Positions 38,010 to 51,600 of a stretch of 64,000 nucleotides of DNA are shown piece by piece; the first letter of the stretch is position 1; every line of letters starts with the position of its first letter. The DNA comes from Lama glama (taxonomy: Eukaryota). The notes under the pieces were generated by a model. It made no database searches and was not told the DNA's origin. It was given only the letters and a program-made list of their open reading frames with translations. Position numbers and translations under genes: made by a program. The stretch lies in NCBI GenBank assembly GCA_028534125.1, contig CM052832.1, positions 11,348,001 to 11,412,000 of the forward strand, in the 5' to 3' direction.

Positions 38010-38460
38010 GTTTTTCTTTTTAATTTTTTTCTCCAGCTTTATTGAGATATAATTGACATATAGCACTGTTTAAGTTTAAAGAGCACAATGTGATGATTTA
38101 ATATACGTATATATTGTGAAATGATTACTGCAGTAAGGTAAGAGAACACCTCCATCACCTCACATAGTTACCTTTCTGTTTGTGTGTGTGGTGACAACAT
38201 TTAAGATCTACTCTGTACACAATTTTCAAGTAGATGATATTGTATTGTTAATTATTGTTACCATGCTGTACATTAGATCCTCAGAATTTATTGATCTTAT
38301 GGCTGGAAGTTTGTACCCTTTTACCAACATCTTCCTATTTCCGCTACCCTCCAGCCCCTGGCAACCATCAATCTACTCTCTGAGTTCAACAACTTTTTTA
38401 TTTTGCACATACAAGTGAGTTCATACAATATTTGCCTTTCTCTGACTTATTTCTTTTAGT
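38010..38460 (-). mobile_element. L1MA-like 3' end with poly(T)
   Basis: ccagctttattgagatataattgacatatagcactg...accatgctgtacattagatcc. Confidence 0.9.
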
Positions 38461-39289
38461 TAATTTTTGCAAATCAGTTAATCCTTCAACCTGAATTTTT
38501 TGACTGCCTACTAGATGCTAACCATTTTAATAAGTGCTTTTGGGGATTCATGAATATAGGATACAGAAAATAATTCCAAAGACTTATAGTCTTATTGGGG
38601 AAATAATACATATGCACCCATGCACACTTTTATACATACAGACACAGACACACACACATATATATATATAAAACAGAGAATAAGAGTGTATTAGTGGAAA
38701 GAACAAATGGACACTGAGAATTATAAAAAATTATGCTTTTAATTATACTCATACTAGTTTTTTAATGGCTCTCTTATGTGTAAATGCTATCTATGCACAC
38801 TTTCAGCTCCATATTTTAAAATCTAATATCAGTTTATTACATATGGTTTAATACATTATTTACTCATAATCTATGATAATGAAAAACTAAATCAATATGT
38901 AAGAATGCAAAAATGGGGGAAGTCATTGTAGATATCACCCATTTCACAAGATAAATAAGTTACCTCAAAAGATGTCAAGAGGAAGAAGGTACCATTCTAA
39001 GTTGAAGGAGACTACACAACAAAGGTGCCTACAGGGAATGAGCACAGTGTGAGGAGAAGGGAGAGAAATCATGAGACCAGAATGGGGTCTTGCATATACG
39101 AAGCACCAGCTAGCAAGGACCTGGATTAAAATTAGCCTAGCAGAAGCCTAGCGTTCTCATGGAAGAACAGAAGAACAGGATTAGATAGATGAATGGTGAC
39201 CTCATGTTTAGCTGTGAATACCACATTCAGAGGAACCACTATTTTATTTAATTGTGACTAGGAAACATTGTGATTTGAGAGTATTGCAG

Positions 39290-39500
39290 TTTATTCATTC
39301 ATTCAGTAATGTTCACTGTGCTCTTTCTTTATGTTAGGCACTGTTCTAGGTGCTAGAGATTCAGGAATAAACAAAGTCCTTGCCCTCATGGAGCTTACAC
39401 TTTAGTGGGGATGGAGATAATGCACTGTATAAACAACTAAAATACAGAGCATTTCAGAGAGTAAAAAGTGCAAAGAGAAAAATAAAACAAGAGTTGTGAT
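39290..39500 (-). mobile_element. L2 3' end, within a broader degenerate L2 region at about 38480-39960
   Basis: ttattcattcattcag...ggcactgttctaggtgctagaga...gtccttgccctcatggagcttacac. Confidence 0.85.
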
Positions 39501-40189
39501 TTTAATACCGTGAAAGAACTTACATGGGGAAAACTTTTTTCTTGCTGTCACTCTGCAAGCAGTGAATAAATTAGCAGGAATGAGAAATCAGGAAAATGTT
39601 GTATCAGGTTTGGAGTGAAATTTAGGGAAAAGACTCAAGTAATGACAATGAAAATAGAAGAAGAGACAAATGTGAGAGGCTTTGTTGAAGAGGAATCAAC
39701 AGAAGTGATGACTACAAATACAAAAGAGATAAAGAAGGGAGGATAATGAAAGCTGAAGACTTAAACCAGATTATCAGCACATGGAAAAGTTGGGAAAAGA
39801 AGTTGGTTGAGGATAAGAAATGTTCGGATCCTAACATGATGAAGGAATATATGATGTACTCATTGAATTCTGGAACATTAGAGGAAGGCTGAGGATGAAG
39901 ATTTAAATTTTGGAGTGGCTGGTACTGAGTTGATACAAGGCTGAAGTCAAGACCAAAAGTTAGCCCAGAAATTCTCTGATCTGATTTGAGGTAGGTGATG
40001 ATCCACAGGACCACATCCCCTGACATTCCAACTTACTGTAGGCAGCTTGCCAACTGAATTTATCTTTCTACTTAGCCACGTCACCCCTATTCCTTCCATT
40101 TATATCTATTTACATATAATTAAATATTCCATTCATTGGGTATTTTCCAATGGGGAAAAAATGTCCCTTCCTTTATGATTCAGGGTATT

Positions 40190-41420
40190 AATAGTAAACA
40201 GTGTAGAAAGATGAGACATTCATAGGATAACAAGGGAATGATATGAACAACTTACGACAATATATTTGCTTAGATAAATCTGACAAAGTATTAAAAGACA
40301 CTGACTACCAAAGCTCACTCAAGAGACACAGAGAACCTGAGTTGTCCTTATATCTATATAAGAAAATGAATTCATTGGAAAAACCTTCCAACAAAGAATT
40401 CTACAGGCCCAGATAGCATCACTACAAATTCTGCCAGAAGTTTAAGGAGCAAAGAGTGCCAATTCTACACAGACTTTCCCAGGAAACACAGAAGAAGGGG
40501 ACAGTTTCCAACTCATTTTACAAGACCAGGATTGCTCTAATGTCAAAATCAGACAAATATATTAGAAAAAAAGAAAGTTATGGACCAACATCCCATATGA
40601 ATAAAAATATTTAATTAAACATTGGCAAATCAAGTGTCATAAAATATTAAAAAGGTAATAAATCATGATCAAAAGGGTAATTACCCCAGGAGTGCAAGGC
40701 TGGTTTAACATTTTAAAGAATCAATCAATCAATGTAATTCACCATATTAACAAACTAGAGAAAAAAATATTTGATTATCTCAATAAATGCAGACAAAGCA
40801 TTTGAATCCACTTACTCATGGTCAGAACTCTGAGTACAACGGGAATAGTAGGGAACTTCCATACACTGATAAAGTGTATCTACAAAAAAAAACTAAATAG
40901 CTAATATAATAATTAACAATGAAACAAAGAATTCTTTCTTCCTAAAATTGGAAACAAGGCAAGTATATCCTTTCTCACTACTTCTATTCAACATCATATT
41001 AAAGGATCTAGTCAGTGCAATGAGGCAAGAAATATAAATAAAACACATGAAGAACTGGCAAGGAAATAATAAAACTGTCTTAATTCATTGACCATTTTGG
41101 CACTATGCTAAGTAGCAGAAGCTAGACACAGAAAGGTACATGCTAGTGATCTCATTTATATCACATTTTGTAAAAGGCAAAAGTATAGGAGAAGAAATCA
41201 GTTAGTGGTTGCCAAGGTTGCTGGCTGGGGAGGAAACTGATTGCAAAGGAACTAGAGGGAGGTGTTTAGGGTAATTGAAATATCCTATATCTTGATTTTA
41301 GTGGTCGTTGCAAAAGTATACACATTTGTTGGAAATCATAATACCATCTAGAAGGGGTAATTTTAAATTTTACTATCTATAAATTTAACTTCAACTAACC
41401 TGACTTTTTGAAAATTGGAA
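40190..41420 (+). mobile_element. Old L1 (L1MC/MD-like): ORF2 RT fragment joined directly to a 3'UTR
   Basis: caactcattttacaagaccag, gcaaggctggtttaacatt, ctattcaacatcatatt, then tagtggttgccaagg 3'UTR motifs. Confidence 0.85.
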
Positions 41421-41649
41421 AAATCTGTATGACAAATATAATACAAAATTAAAAGACCAGTCATTAAACAACCAAAGCAGAATAAAACAAAACTGTACAG
41501 CCAGGAATTTTTCTTTAGGTAAAATTTCACTGTGGTTACTTTCATAACAGCAGCTTATCTTTGACAACAAGCACCTCAGAGCACACAGACATTTATTTTT
41601 ACAGGTAATTATAACATATACAAATTGAGGAGAACCTCCTCAAATTCCC

Positions 41650-43020
41650 GCTCTGCTACACACCAACCTGCATCTGCACCCCCACCTCCTTCCTGCTACA
41701 GTAGAGAAGGTATCCCTTCTCTGGAACGGACCTCACTCCCAGTCCTTTCTGCCATCTCAAGAACCTCAACCTCCCTTCAACTTTTTCTTTATCTACAACT
41801 TCTCTCTTTTTACTGGACTCTTCTTATTAATATTTGAATGGGCTCAAGTGTTTCCAATATTAAAAATCAAAATGCTCTCCTGTGACCCAGCTGCCCTCTC
41901 TCCCTACTGCTCGCTTTTCCTCTCCTTTAAACCACTCCAAGAAATTGCCTTCACTCATGGTCTCCGTTCCCTTCCCTCTCACTCACTCCCGACATGCTCC
42001 AGTCGGGCTTTTGCCCAGTTGCACTGGTGATTGAAGGACCTCAGTGTAGCTCAATATAATGGACCTGTGCCAGCCCTCGTCTTTCTCGACCTCTCAGTGG
42101 CATTCAGCATTATTCACCACCCTCTCACTGACACTTCTCTTGTCTTCTTCCCATCTCCAGACTGCTCCTTGGCTTCTTGGGCCAGATTATCCACTTTCAT
42201 GTCGGCATTCCTCACAGCATTGTCCTGGGACCTCCTCTTCTCTTTTCCTTTATACTTTTTTTCTAGATGATCTCATCAATACCCACACCTCAGTTGCCAT
42301 CCCAGTGCTAATGACTTATATTTAATTTACTGGTCCATATTTATTCTTCCCTGAATGCCACACTCATGGATCACTCTGCCTACCTGACAGATGGCCCTGA
42401 ACTCAGCATGCCCCAAACTAAATTCTTCTCCATCTTTCTCCAGACCGGGTCTCTGCCACTGTATCCCCATCAGTGTCTCTCCAAACCCTACGGTTGCCCA
42501 GGCCAGAAACTTAGGAGTTGCCTGTGATTCTATTCATTTTCTCATCCCCCAAATCCACCCCATTTGGAAGTCCTGTTGACTCTGTTCTCAAAGCCTGTCT
42601 TGAATTAGACCACTTCCTACCACCTCTTGTCCACACCTCTGTCACCTTTCCCTCCTGCTAAAATGGAATATAATAGGAGTTTTGCTCCCCTCTAAATCTT
42701 TTTCTGGGCAGCCAGAATATTCCTTCTTAAAAATACAGTTCTTACCATTTCACTCTTCTTCTTAAAACTCCTCAGTGACTTCTGACTTCCTGTTTTTCCT
42801 GGGAAAACACCAAAATCCTGCATGTGGCCTACAAGTGGCTGCTGCTGTCACCCTTTTCTGTGTTTTCAGCCACATTTCACATTCCTCTCCCCTTTGCTCC
42901 CTTGACTTCAACAACAGTGACCTTTCATTTCTTAAACGTTCCATCCTGTCTTCCACCCCGGGGCCATTGCACGTGCAGATACTTCTGACTTCTCCCTGGG
43001 GTGGCGTGTGCATGGGGACA

Positions 43021-43056
<36 letters not shown>

Positions 43057-43380
43057 TACATACACACACACATCTTGTTTTGTTTGTTCTCCTCTTCCTT
43101 CAAACTTCAGTTTAAATTGTTCTTCCTCAAAGACATCTTTTCTGACCCCCAGCCTCAACTCAATCATGACTGTGCTGCACATTTTCATGTTTTCTGTACT
43201 TTTCCTTCGAGTACTCATCTGTTTATAATCATGTACTTGTGATATTGTCAGGTTATCATCTGTGTCCCCCACCATACTGAAAGGCCTTTGAGGGCAGGAG
43301 CCGTGTCTGCTTTAACTGAATGAACACAGCACCTTTATTCATATCATTTTGCAGCACATAATCAGTGAATATTAATACAG
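41650..43380 (+). mobile_element. Long L2 remnant, about 1.7 kb
   Basis: C/T-rich; ctcgacctctcagtggcatt, ttgcccaggccagaaacttaggagt, tttgagggcaggagccgtgtc. Confidence 0.85.
43023..43072. repeat. (CA)n/(TACA)n compound microsatellite
   Basis: Directly visible; it produces the HT/CV repeats in the ORF track. Confidence 0.95.
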
Positions 43381-44029
43381 CAAAGATTATGCATAAGCTG
43401 CATTAAATCCACAAAGGGAAAAACTGGAGAGATATTTGACTTGGCTCCTGAGCGTGTAATCACACAATTTAAGATACTGAGCTATGGAAATCCATCTGTG
43501 CAGGCAAGTGGTACCTTAAGAAAATGGATGCTCTAGTTTGATGTACGTTTTCCCAAACGGGAAATTACCTAGGGCACTGGCCAGGGTAGCCTCCACTCCT
43601 GCTCTTAAGGAGTCCCCAGATTCCTCTTGCTCTGTTTACTGCTTCTGTTTGGGAATAATCCCATCCTTAGGCTGAAACAGTCAGTGAAGCCGGGGGCTGT
43701 GCTGTAATTGACCCTCAAGCTCTTAAGTCACGGGTAAAATAGAGCGTAGGCCTTCACCTTTCATTCTTGGGATTTTGTTCTATATTTGGAAACTATTATC
43801 TGATGAGATTTCTTTTAATATAATTAAATAATTTAATACTAAATATAGTTTACATATAGCTTAAAACCAAACACATTGTGTTATCAAGCCCACAAGCACA
43901 AAATTTATTTCAAAAGTACCAGTCTGTACTAATAAAAGCTTCACTGATGTCCCAAACTTCTATTTAAATGCAAATAAACCTACCTAAAGGAAGAATCTTA
44001 AATCCCCATTTTTGCACCAGATAAATCTC

Positions 44030-44300
44030 ACTTTATTCATTCTTTCTAGTGAATAAACACTGACTACTGTTGATACCATGTTAGACACTGTGTTAGGAGT
44101 GGGGAGCTCAGAGACAAAGGAAAGGATCCTGCAGGCGGCTGGCCACTGGGGACAGAGAGACAGATGGCCAGACATACGTGCTCACTGATGGTGCTGAGCT
44201 GCTATAATAGACACCCGGGGCCAAGATCGGGAGGGCGAGTGTTTTGCAAAGGGCAGCAGAACAGAGAGGAAAGACTTTATAGAGGAAGTGGCATACAGAA
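44030..44300 (-). mobile_element. L2 3' end
   Basis: tttattcattctt...accatgttagacactgtgttaggagtgggg. Confidence 0.65.
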
Positions 44301-44848
44301 AACCCATCAGTGCTTTCATCCTTTTAAAGTAAGCATTTAAAGGTGACTTCAAGAGAAGTCATTTCCACCATGTTTAACTTGCAGTTCATTCTTTTTTATT
44401 AGAATAGTCTAATAAAAGTTTAATTGGGCTCAGTTTCTCAAAGTGTTTGAACTGGATTAGAACCATAAAACAAATTTCAACTACAGGTATAGTGGCTTTC
44501 TTGAGCCTAAAATTTGATAACTTGTTCCCAAAAAGTATGGGACAGAATAATGAAAATCAACACCACCTCATATAATTTGAGATATACCATCACTGTGATG
44601 ATAAGTCTTGTCCTGTGACCCTCAAACTATTTTCAAAATGAGAAGAAGGAAACAAAAATATAAATGATACCCTACAATATTTGAGTTAGTATAGTCCTAG
44701 TAAGAATTAGACACCAAATCAATCTTTTGGGGAAAGTCTCTTGTCAGTACTTAACTCTGGATCAATAATATTTTATCCTTTTTATATTCAGTTTATTGTC
44801 ACTGGCCTCCAAATTGATTTTATTTGTCAAACCACTATTAAAATATGT

Positions 44849-46225
44849 ATTTTTTCTTTTTAAAAAAATAACTTTCAGGTGTACAGCATTATGATGCAAT
44901 ATCTGTATACACTACAAAGTGATCACCACCACAAGTCTATTTACTATTGGTCACCATACAGTTGACCCCTCTTCATGCACTTCACTCCCTGCAATGCCCT
45001 TTTCCTCTGGTAATCACTAATCTGATCTCTGTATCTATGAGGTTTTCTTTGTTTTATTTTGTTTGTTTTGTTTTTTTAAATTTCACATATGAGTGAAAGC
45101 ATATGGTATTTGTCTTTCTCTATCTAACTTATTTTACTTGGCATAATACCTTCAAGGTCCATCAGTATTGTTGAAAATGGCAGCATTCCATTCCTTTTTA
45201 TGGCTGAGTAGTATTCCGCTCTGTGTATATTTCATATCTTCTTTATCCAGTCATCCACTGATGGACATTTAGGTTGTTTGCTTATCTCGGCTGTTGTAAA
45301 TAATGCTGCAGTGAACATAAGGTTGCATGTATTTTTTCCAACTAGCACTTTCATGTTCTTAAAATAAATACCCAGAAGTAGAATAGCTGGGTCATATGGT
45401 AGTTCTATTATTAACTTTTTAAGGAATCTCCATACTGTTTTTTATAGTGGCTGCACCAATGTACAGCCCCAGTAACGTTCTGTCCAACATTTTTTATTCT
45501 TTGTCTTTTCAATAATAGCCATTGTTAACAAGTGTGAGGTGATGTGTCTATTGTGGATTTGATATGCGTTTCCCGAATAATTAGTAATGTTGAACGTCTT
45601 TTCGTGTGCCTATTCACATCTGTATGTCTTCATTAGAAAAATATCTATTCATATCCTCTGCCCATTTTTTAATCAAGTTGTTTGGGTTTTTCTGTTGTTG
45701 AGTCAAATGGGTTCTTTATATATTTTGAATATTAACTCCTTATGGGATATATGATCTGCAAGTATCTTCTCCCATTCTTCATTTTTATGATGGTTTCCTT
45801 CACTGTACAGAAGCTTTTTAGTTTGATATAGTCCCATTTGTAATTTTTGCTTTTGTTTGCCTGGCCTTTAGAGTCAGATACACAAAAACATGACTAAGAC
45901 TGATAACAATGAGGTTACCATCTGTGTTTTCTTTTAGGAGTTTTATGGTTTCAGGTCTTAACAAACTCTTTAGTCTGACTTGAGTTAATATTTGTGTGTG
46001 GTATAAGATAGTGGCCTAGTTTCATTCTTTTGCATGTGGCTGTCCAGTTTTCCCAACATCATTTACTGAAAAGACTTTCTCATTGTGTGTTCTTTCCTCC
46101 TTTGTCATAAATCAATTGTCCATATATGTGTTACTCTCAGTTCTGTTCCATTGATCTGTGTGTCTGTTTTTGTGCCAGTCTATGCTCTTTTGATTACTGT
46201 AGCTTTACAGTATGGTTTGAAATCC
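44849..46225 (-). mobile_element. 5'-truncated L1MA-like element, about 1.4 kb, with a long flanking duplication
   Basis: Poly(T) then tttcaggtgtacagcattatgat; ttttatggctgagtagtattcc; cagttttcccaacatcattt. Duplicated flanks at 44818-44848 and 46232-46263. Confidence 0.93.
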
Positions 46226-46659
46226 AAGTGGTTTTATTTGTCAAACCACTGTTAAAAATATGTTTCAAAATCATGGCTTATGCTTTGCAAGTTCTATGAC
46301 ACGATGAGCTCTCCTGATTATTCTCTGAAAGTATCTTTACTGTGGAGACAGGGAGGAGTGGCTTTCAGGAAACCATGTTCCTTAAGGATAAGAGAGAGAG
46401 AGAGATGGAGATAGGGATTGAGAGAGGGATAGAGACAGAGAGGAGGTTGGAGGGAGGTAGTGTGGGTGGAGGTGAGAGAGAAAGAAAAGTTATACCGGAG
46501 TCTGAACAATCTTTTGAAAATTGTTTGAAATATGAATGCTATCCTACACCAGATTACTCATTAAAAAATGAAAAATCTCAAGAAAGTTGATGTACAATCT
46601 CTTGTCATTATGGATGAAGTCATCCCAGTGACAGTGACAGTGGCTCCCTCTGACTGTCC

Positions 46660-47040
46660 AGAACTTCTTCCCAGGACCCGGTGGCCCCACATGGCCTGGC
46701 CTCTGGCAACCTCTTGGGCCTCATTCCCTCCCAGGCTTCCCCTCCTCATCAGCCCTCCCCTGAAACGCTCCTCCCTCACTTCATTACTCAAATGTCACAT
46801 TATCAGAAAGGCTTCCCAGGCCACAGTATCTAAGATACACCTTCCCCTGTCCCTCTTTACTCCCTTTATGTGGAGTTATTTTCTTCATAGTAGCAACAGC
46901 ATATCAGTGTTTCATTGTTTATTGTCTGTGTCTCCCTACTTCATGAGGGAGCTTCATGAGGACTGGGAACTTTGTGTGGTTTCCACTATATACCCGGCCC
47001 ACCGTAGACCCTTCATAAATATTTGTTGAATGAATTGGTG
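46660..47040 (+). mobile_element. L2 3' region
   Basis: ctcaaatgtcacattatcagaaaggcttccc...cataaatatttgttgaatgaat. Confidence 0.85.
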
Positions 47041-47349
47041 AACACTCAGTCAGGGCCTTGAGTCTCTCTCTGGCTTCTTTCAGGAGCCATTCACTTTCCA
47101 CCTCCAGGACCTCTACTTGGAGTGCCCAGGTGTTTGGTTGAAGGAGGGGCCTCAGGACCAGTCTCTGTGGACAGAAAGCACTTCCTGACATTTAGACCCC
47201 ACAAGCGCTAGTTTGGTGTCCACTATCTGCTTGGCCTCATGAATCTCTCTTATCAGTGTGAATGACAGAGGAATTACCTGAGGTATTCAGAATTTTGGCC
47301 ACAACCATTTTCTGAACTTTGTCCAGAGTCACTGAGATAAGGCAGAGGA

Positions 47350-47610
47350 AATTGATCTGAATGGAGTGAGAGTCAAGAGACTTGAATTCTAATCTTGACT
47401 CTCTTTCTATTCTGAGATGCATTATCTTAAATGATCCCTCTACTTCAGTTTTCTAATCTTACCTGTATGACCTTGGGCAAATTATATCATCTGTATGTGT
47501 GTCTCAGTTACTCCTTATTTGTTGTGTGAGAGTAATAATGGTATCCACTTGCAGTGCTGTTATGAGGATTGATGGAATAATTCATGCTTATGCACTAAAC
47601 ACAATTATTA
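47350..47610 (+). mobile_element. MIR (partly duplicated core)
   Basis: ctgtatgaccttgggcaaatta...ctcagtt...tgttatgaggattgatg. Confidence 0.8.
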
Positions 47611-50600
47611 TTTCCCTGTGATCCCTTGATACAACTTTTATTGCTGCTGAGGAATCTGTTCCCTTCTGTTAGATATTTTGTCAGGCTTCTCCATTAGAAA
47701 CAAAGGGGCAAACTGTTTTACTCTCTCTCTCTAGAATATACACACACGCATTTACCCACAAAGAAGGAGGTAGTATCAGAAGGAAAAAACATGAAAATGT
47801 TTTTAGAATTACTAGTGTTTTATTTGTTTGTTTGTTTTTTATTTTTTGTTTGTTAGTTCTTTTTACCTGGCTGTATTTCCCAAAATTTATACAGAAAATT
47901 AGAGGTCATATTAAAAAGAACTCATGTTGCTTGCTAATTTTACACCTCCAAGTGGCAAAATAAAAATGTTTTCACTTAATTAATGAAGAGCAGGGGAAAA
48001 AATGCCCTTCTTTGTTGACTCTACTTTTACACTAAATTTCACAGCAGAATTAAAAACAAATGTTCTCTCTTGGCATATAGCAAATTATTGCACAACACAC
48101 ATAGTTGGTTCTGAGATCTAAATTACATCTGCTTCTGGAATTTTAACTTTAAATTATTTTTATAATATTTGTCTTCTTTTTTTGTATATTTGGGCTATAA
48201 TATTGTGTATTATTAATCAGTCACTTCAGAGTGGTGCTTTTCTTGTACAGTTGATATAAGACTGTATATCTAACTAGCTAAATAAAACAAGAACCATAAA
48301 TTGCCAGAATGGAATGTTCATAAAATGCTTCCAAATTGGAGTTGTTTGCTTTGCATCTTACTGTCCACTTCCCTAACCATAACAAAGCTTCACACACTCC
48401 CCTAGAGAGGAAAGTATGCTGAGACCTTTAAGACATTTGAAAATTTAAAGATAGCAGGCTGCATCATAATTGGAACCAATACATGAAGTTTATATATGAA
48501 TTTAAAATAAAATTATAAATTTTAACAAAATCTTTTTAAATGTGTGTATGTATGTTTACATGATAAAGTATATGTAAGTATATCAGTAATATGCACTCAA
48601 AGAAATTCTGAAAAATACAAACAGGCATAAAAAGGAAAACAACATGCATACGTAATGCCCACATCTGAGCTCATGAGAAACACACCAGAAGTAAAAGACA
48701 GATACCTTTTGCTCGAATGATGGTGAAGATTTTTTCCCCTAGATGACTCTGTAAGGAACTTAAAAGGATGTTACATCCAACATCAAGATGTGGACTCCAA
48801 ACGCTTGTTCTCTCTTCCCCCTGTTCTTTGGGATTCCTGCCATTTGGAATTCTCTGCATCCCTCCCTCTGTGGAAGTTCGACACGAATAACTTTATGTTT
48901 ATACTTTGTTACTTCTTTCAGGTACTTTCCACGTGTTTTTTATTTTGAAATAAATATCTCTGTTTCAAATGCTGGACATGTCAGCAAAACCTTCTGTTTT
49001 CCATTTTCTGAATTTAGCATTTCAACATCTGTATAATAGTTGTACTAAAAATACACAAAGATAAAATTGTTGGGGAACATCCTAAAATCTTAAAAATTGG
49101 CAAGATGAATTGAGTTGAGGTTTTCGGGGCTTTTTTTGTAATTATTGAGAAGAGTTTTGTTTTGATTACTTGTTTTGAGGGGGAGGGGGCTAACTTTTTG
49201 TATGATCTTAGGAACCTAACCTTTGGGTATATCTTCTAATTTATCTCATTTGCTTACAAATCTGTGGGCTAAAGAGAGTTCAGAGAGAACAGTTTGTCTT
49301 AGCTTCATCCTCTGAGGCTTGGGAGAGGAGGTGTTAAGATTTCTCCTTCTGTTTCATTCCCTGGCATTGCTGCCACTGAAACTGGAGATTCAGATCTATC
49401 CTGGGGCCTTAATTATCAGTCCCAGAGGATTATTAAGCACATCAGAGCCCTGTGCTAGAAGCTGCCAAAGAAGCAGAAGCAGAAAGCATGGTGCCTGGGC
49501 CGAAGGAGCTCTGTGAGGATGGGTGACACCTGCTTTTGGAAAAAAATAATAAAGACAAGTAAATGATCATGTACAAAATGGGCCATAAAGACCAGGAGTG
49601 TAAAGGACTTAATGAAAGGAAGATTAATTAATTGCCCAAACAACTGTCTGTATAAATCAGCCTTTTTAAATAAAATACCAAAAAGTGACCTGCTTCAAGA
49701 ATTGTCCATATACAGTATCAAAGCAAATTTAGGACCCTCAGAACTACCACCAAGTGACTGGGATCTAGAAATAGACACTTTGTTCTTATTTTTCAGCTAT
49801 CTTTTCCATAAATTTGGATACCCATCCCCCTGACATTCAGGTAAAGATCTGAGAACTTGTGAGAAAATTCAGATTTTTTTGTATTAAAGAACCTCAACGC
49901 AGGACATCCTAGTGCCAGTAAAGTTAGCAATGCCCCCAAAGTGGAGCAAGGATAACTTATGTCATTCACTGGGCTTTGAAATGGTAATTATTTGTGTGTT
50001 CAGCTAGCACTGGGACAAATCCTACTTCTTTTTCATTTTACACCTATCAAAAAAAGAGTAGTTTGACAGGCCATTCTAGTTTGGCATAACACCATGGAGA
50101 ATTATCTCCAAAACAGCATGTAAATCTGAGCTCACAGTACACAACTAACTCCCTTCAGAGGCACACCAGAGTGAAATGTAAGATGCCTCTTGCAAGCGCC
50201 ACTGTTTCCTCCTCCAGCTGACCCTAGCCGAGCATCCAGAGCCCTCATTGTCTGGCATTCACAGGCTGTCTTATAGAGGCTCTGCTCTAGTGACTGACTG
50301 TCTTCACATTCTTAGAGGCAAAAGACAAACATCTCCCAGGACAACCCAAGGACAGGTTCTCAGGCTGCCCTGACTGGCCCAGCAAACAACCGGTCCCAGT
50401 TCTAGCCGCCTGCCTCTAAGGGGCTAAGCCCAGTGATGACTCAAGACTTTTTTTACTCTGTTCCTCAGAGTACTCTTCATTCTCACTACCATCCTCCCTG
50501 CCCAATTTCCCTGGTGGTTCCCTCTGTGTTTACCATTAACTGAGCATACTCATGACTATTGCCACAGCCTCAAAAATTTGTCACCATTAATGTCAAGGCA

Positions 50601-50929
50601 ACTAGTTCCTGGTGTATAGTTTCTTCAGTTTACTGGAGAAATCAGATTCCCTCTTCTTATTCATAAGCCCACCTCCTACTATTAGTGCTTTTCAACGGCT
50701 TCCCTCATCAATTTGCTCTCCCATCAGTCAACTAGCATGTGCTGGGCAGAGCACAGTCCTGTATATTTACTTTTCTGTTTAATCTGAAGCCCCTCATTGA
50801 AATTTGCAGCCACGGGTTTCCTCTTCTTTCTGCATCTCGCTTTTTCTTATGTTCCCTGTCTGAGAGCCATAAGTTTCCTTCTAAGTTTGGAGGAAGAAAG
50901 CAACCGTCAGGAAACAAAGAAGTTGCTAA

Positions 50930-51600
50930 TTATCGAAGAAATGCAAATGAAAATGAGATGCAATGTTTTTGCCAGTCATACTGATAAGAATGAAAAGATG
51001 ATGATACGATGTCAGTGAGGGCGTGGATGAGCTCCTACCCTGCAGACAGAGCAGACAGGGCCAGGGGCAGACTGGGAAGCCTGGTCCTGAGGCCTGGGCG
51101 AATCCCATGTGAAGTTTTTAGCTTGTTCCCCTTGTTGGACAGACTTGTAGAGCATTTGTACTAAGTTTAAATGGATATGCTTTTTGGCTCAGCAATTTAA
51201 CTTCTAGAAATTTGTCCTTAAGGACAAATGTACAAAGATACATATAGAAAGTTATTTATCATGACACCATTTATAATAGGGAATTGGGTTATGACACATT
51301 CATTTAATGAAACATAATGCAGCAGTTTTCAGTGTCAGGGAAGACCTGTGTATATACTGACCTGGGAATATTTTCAAGCTCTATATGTTGTTACTTTGTA
51401 ATCAAAGCATGCATTTATATGCATACACTTAGACACATGTATGTATATTTGCTTACAAACAAGTCTGAAAGGATAAACGCCAAAATTTCACAGTGTTATC
51501 TCTGGGTTCCAGGAGTCATCGTTTCTATTCTTTATTTTCTAAACATTTTGTGTTAGACATACATCACTTTATGATCAGACAAAATAAAGGCATTTAAAAA
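50930..51600 (+). mobile_element. L1ME-like 3' remnant
   Basis: aaatgcaaatgaaaatgagatg and cagcaatttaacttctagaaatttgtccttaagg. Confidence 0.7.
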
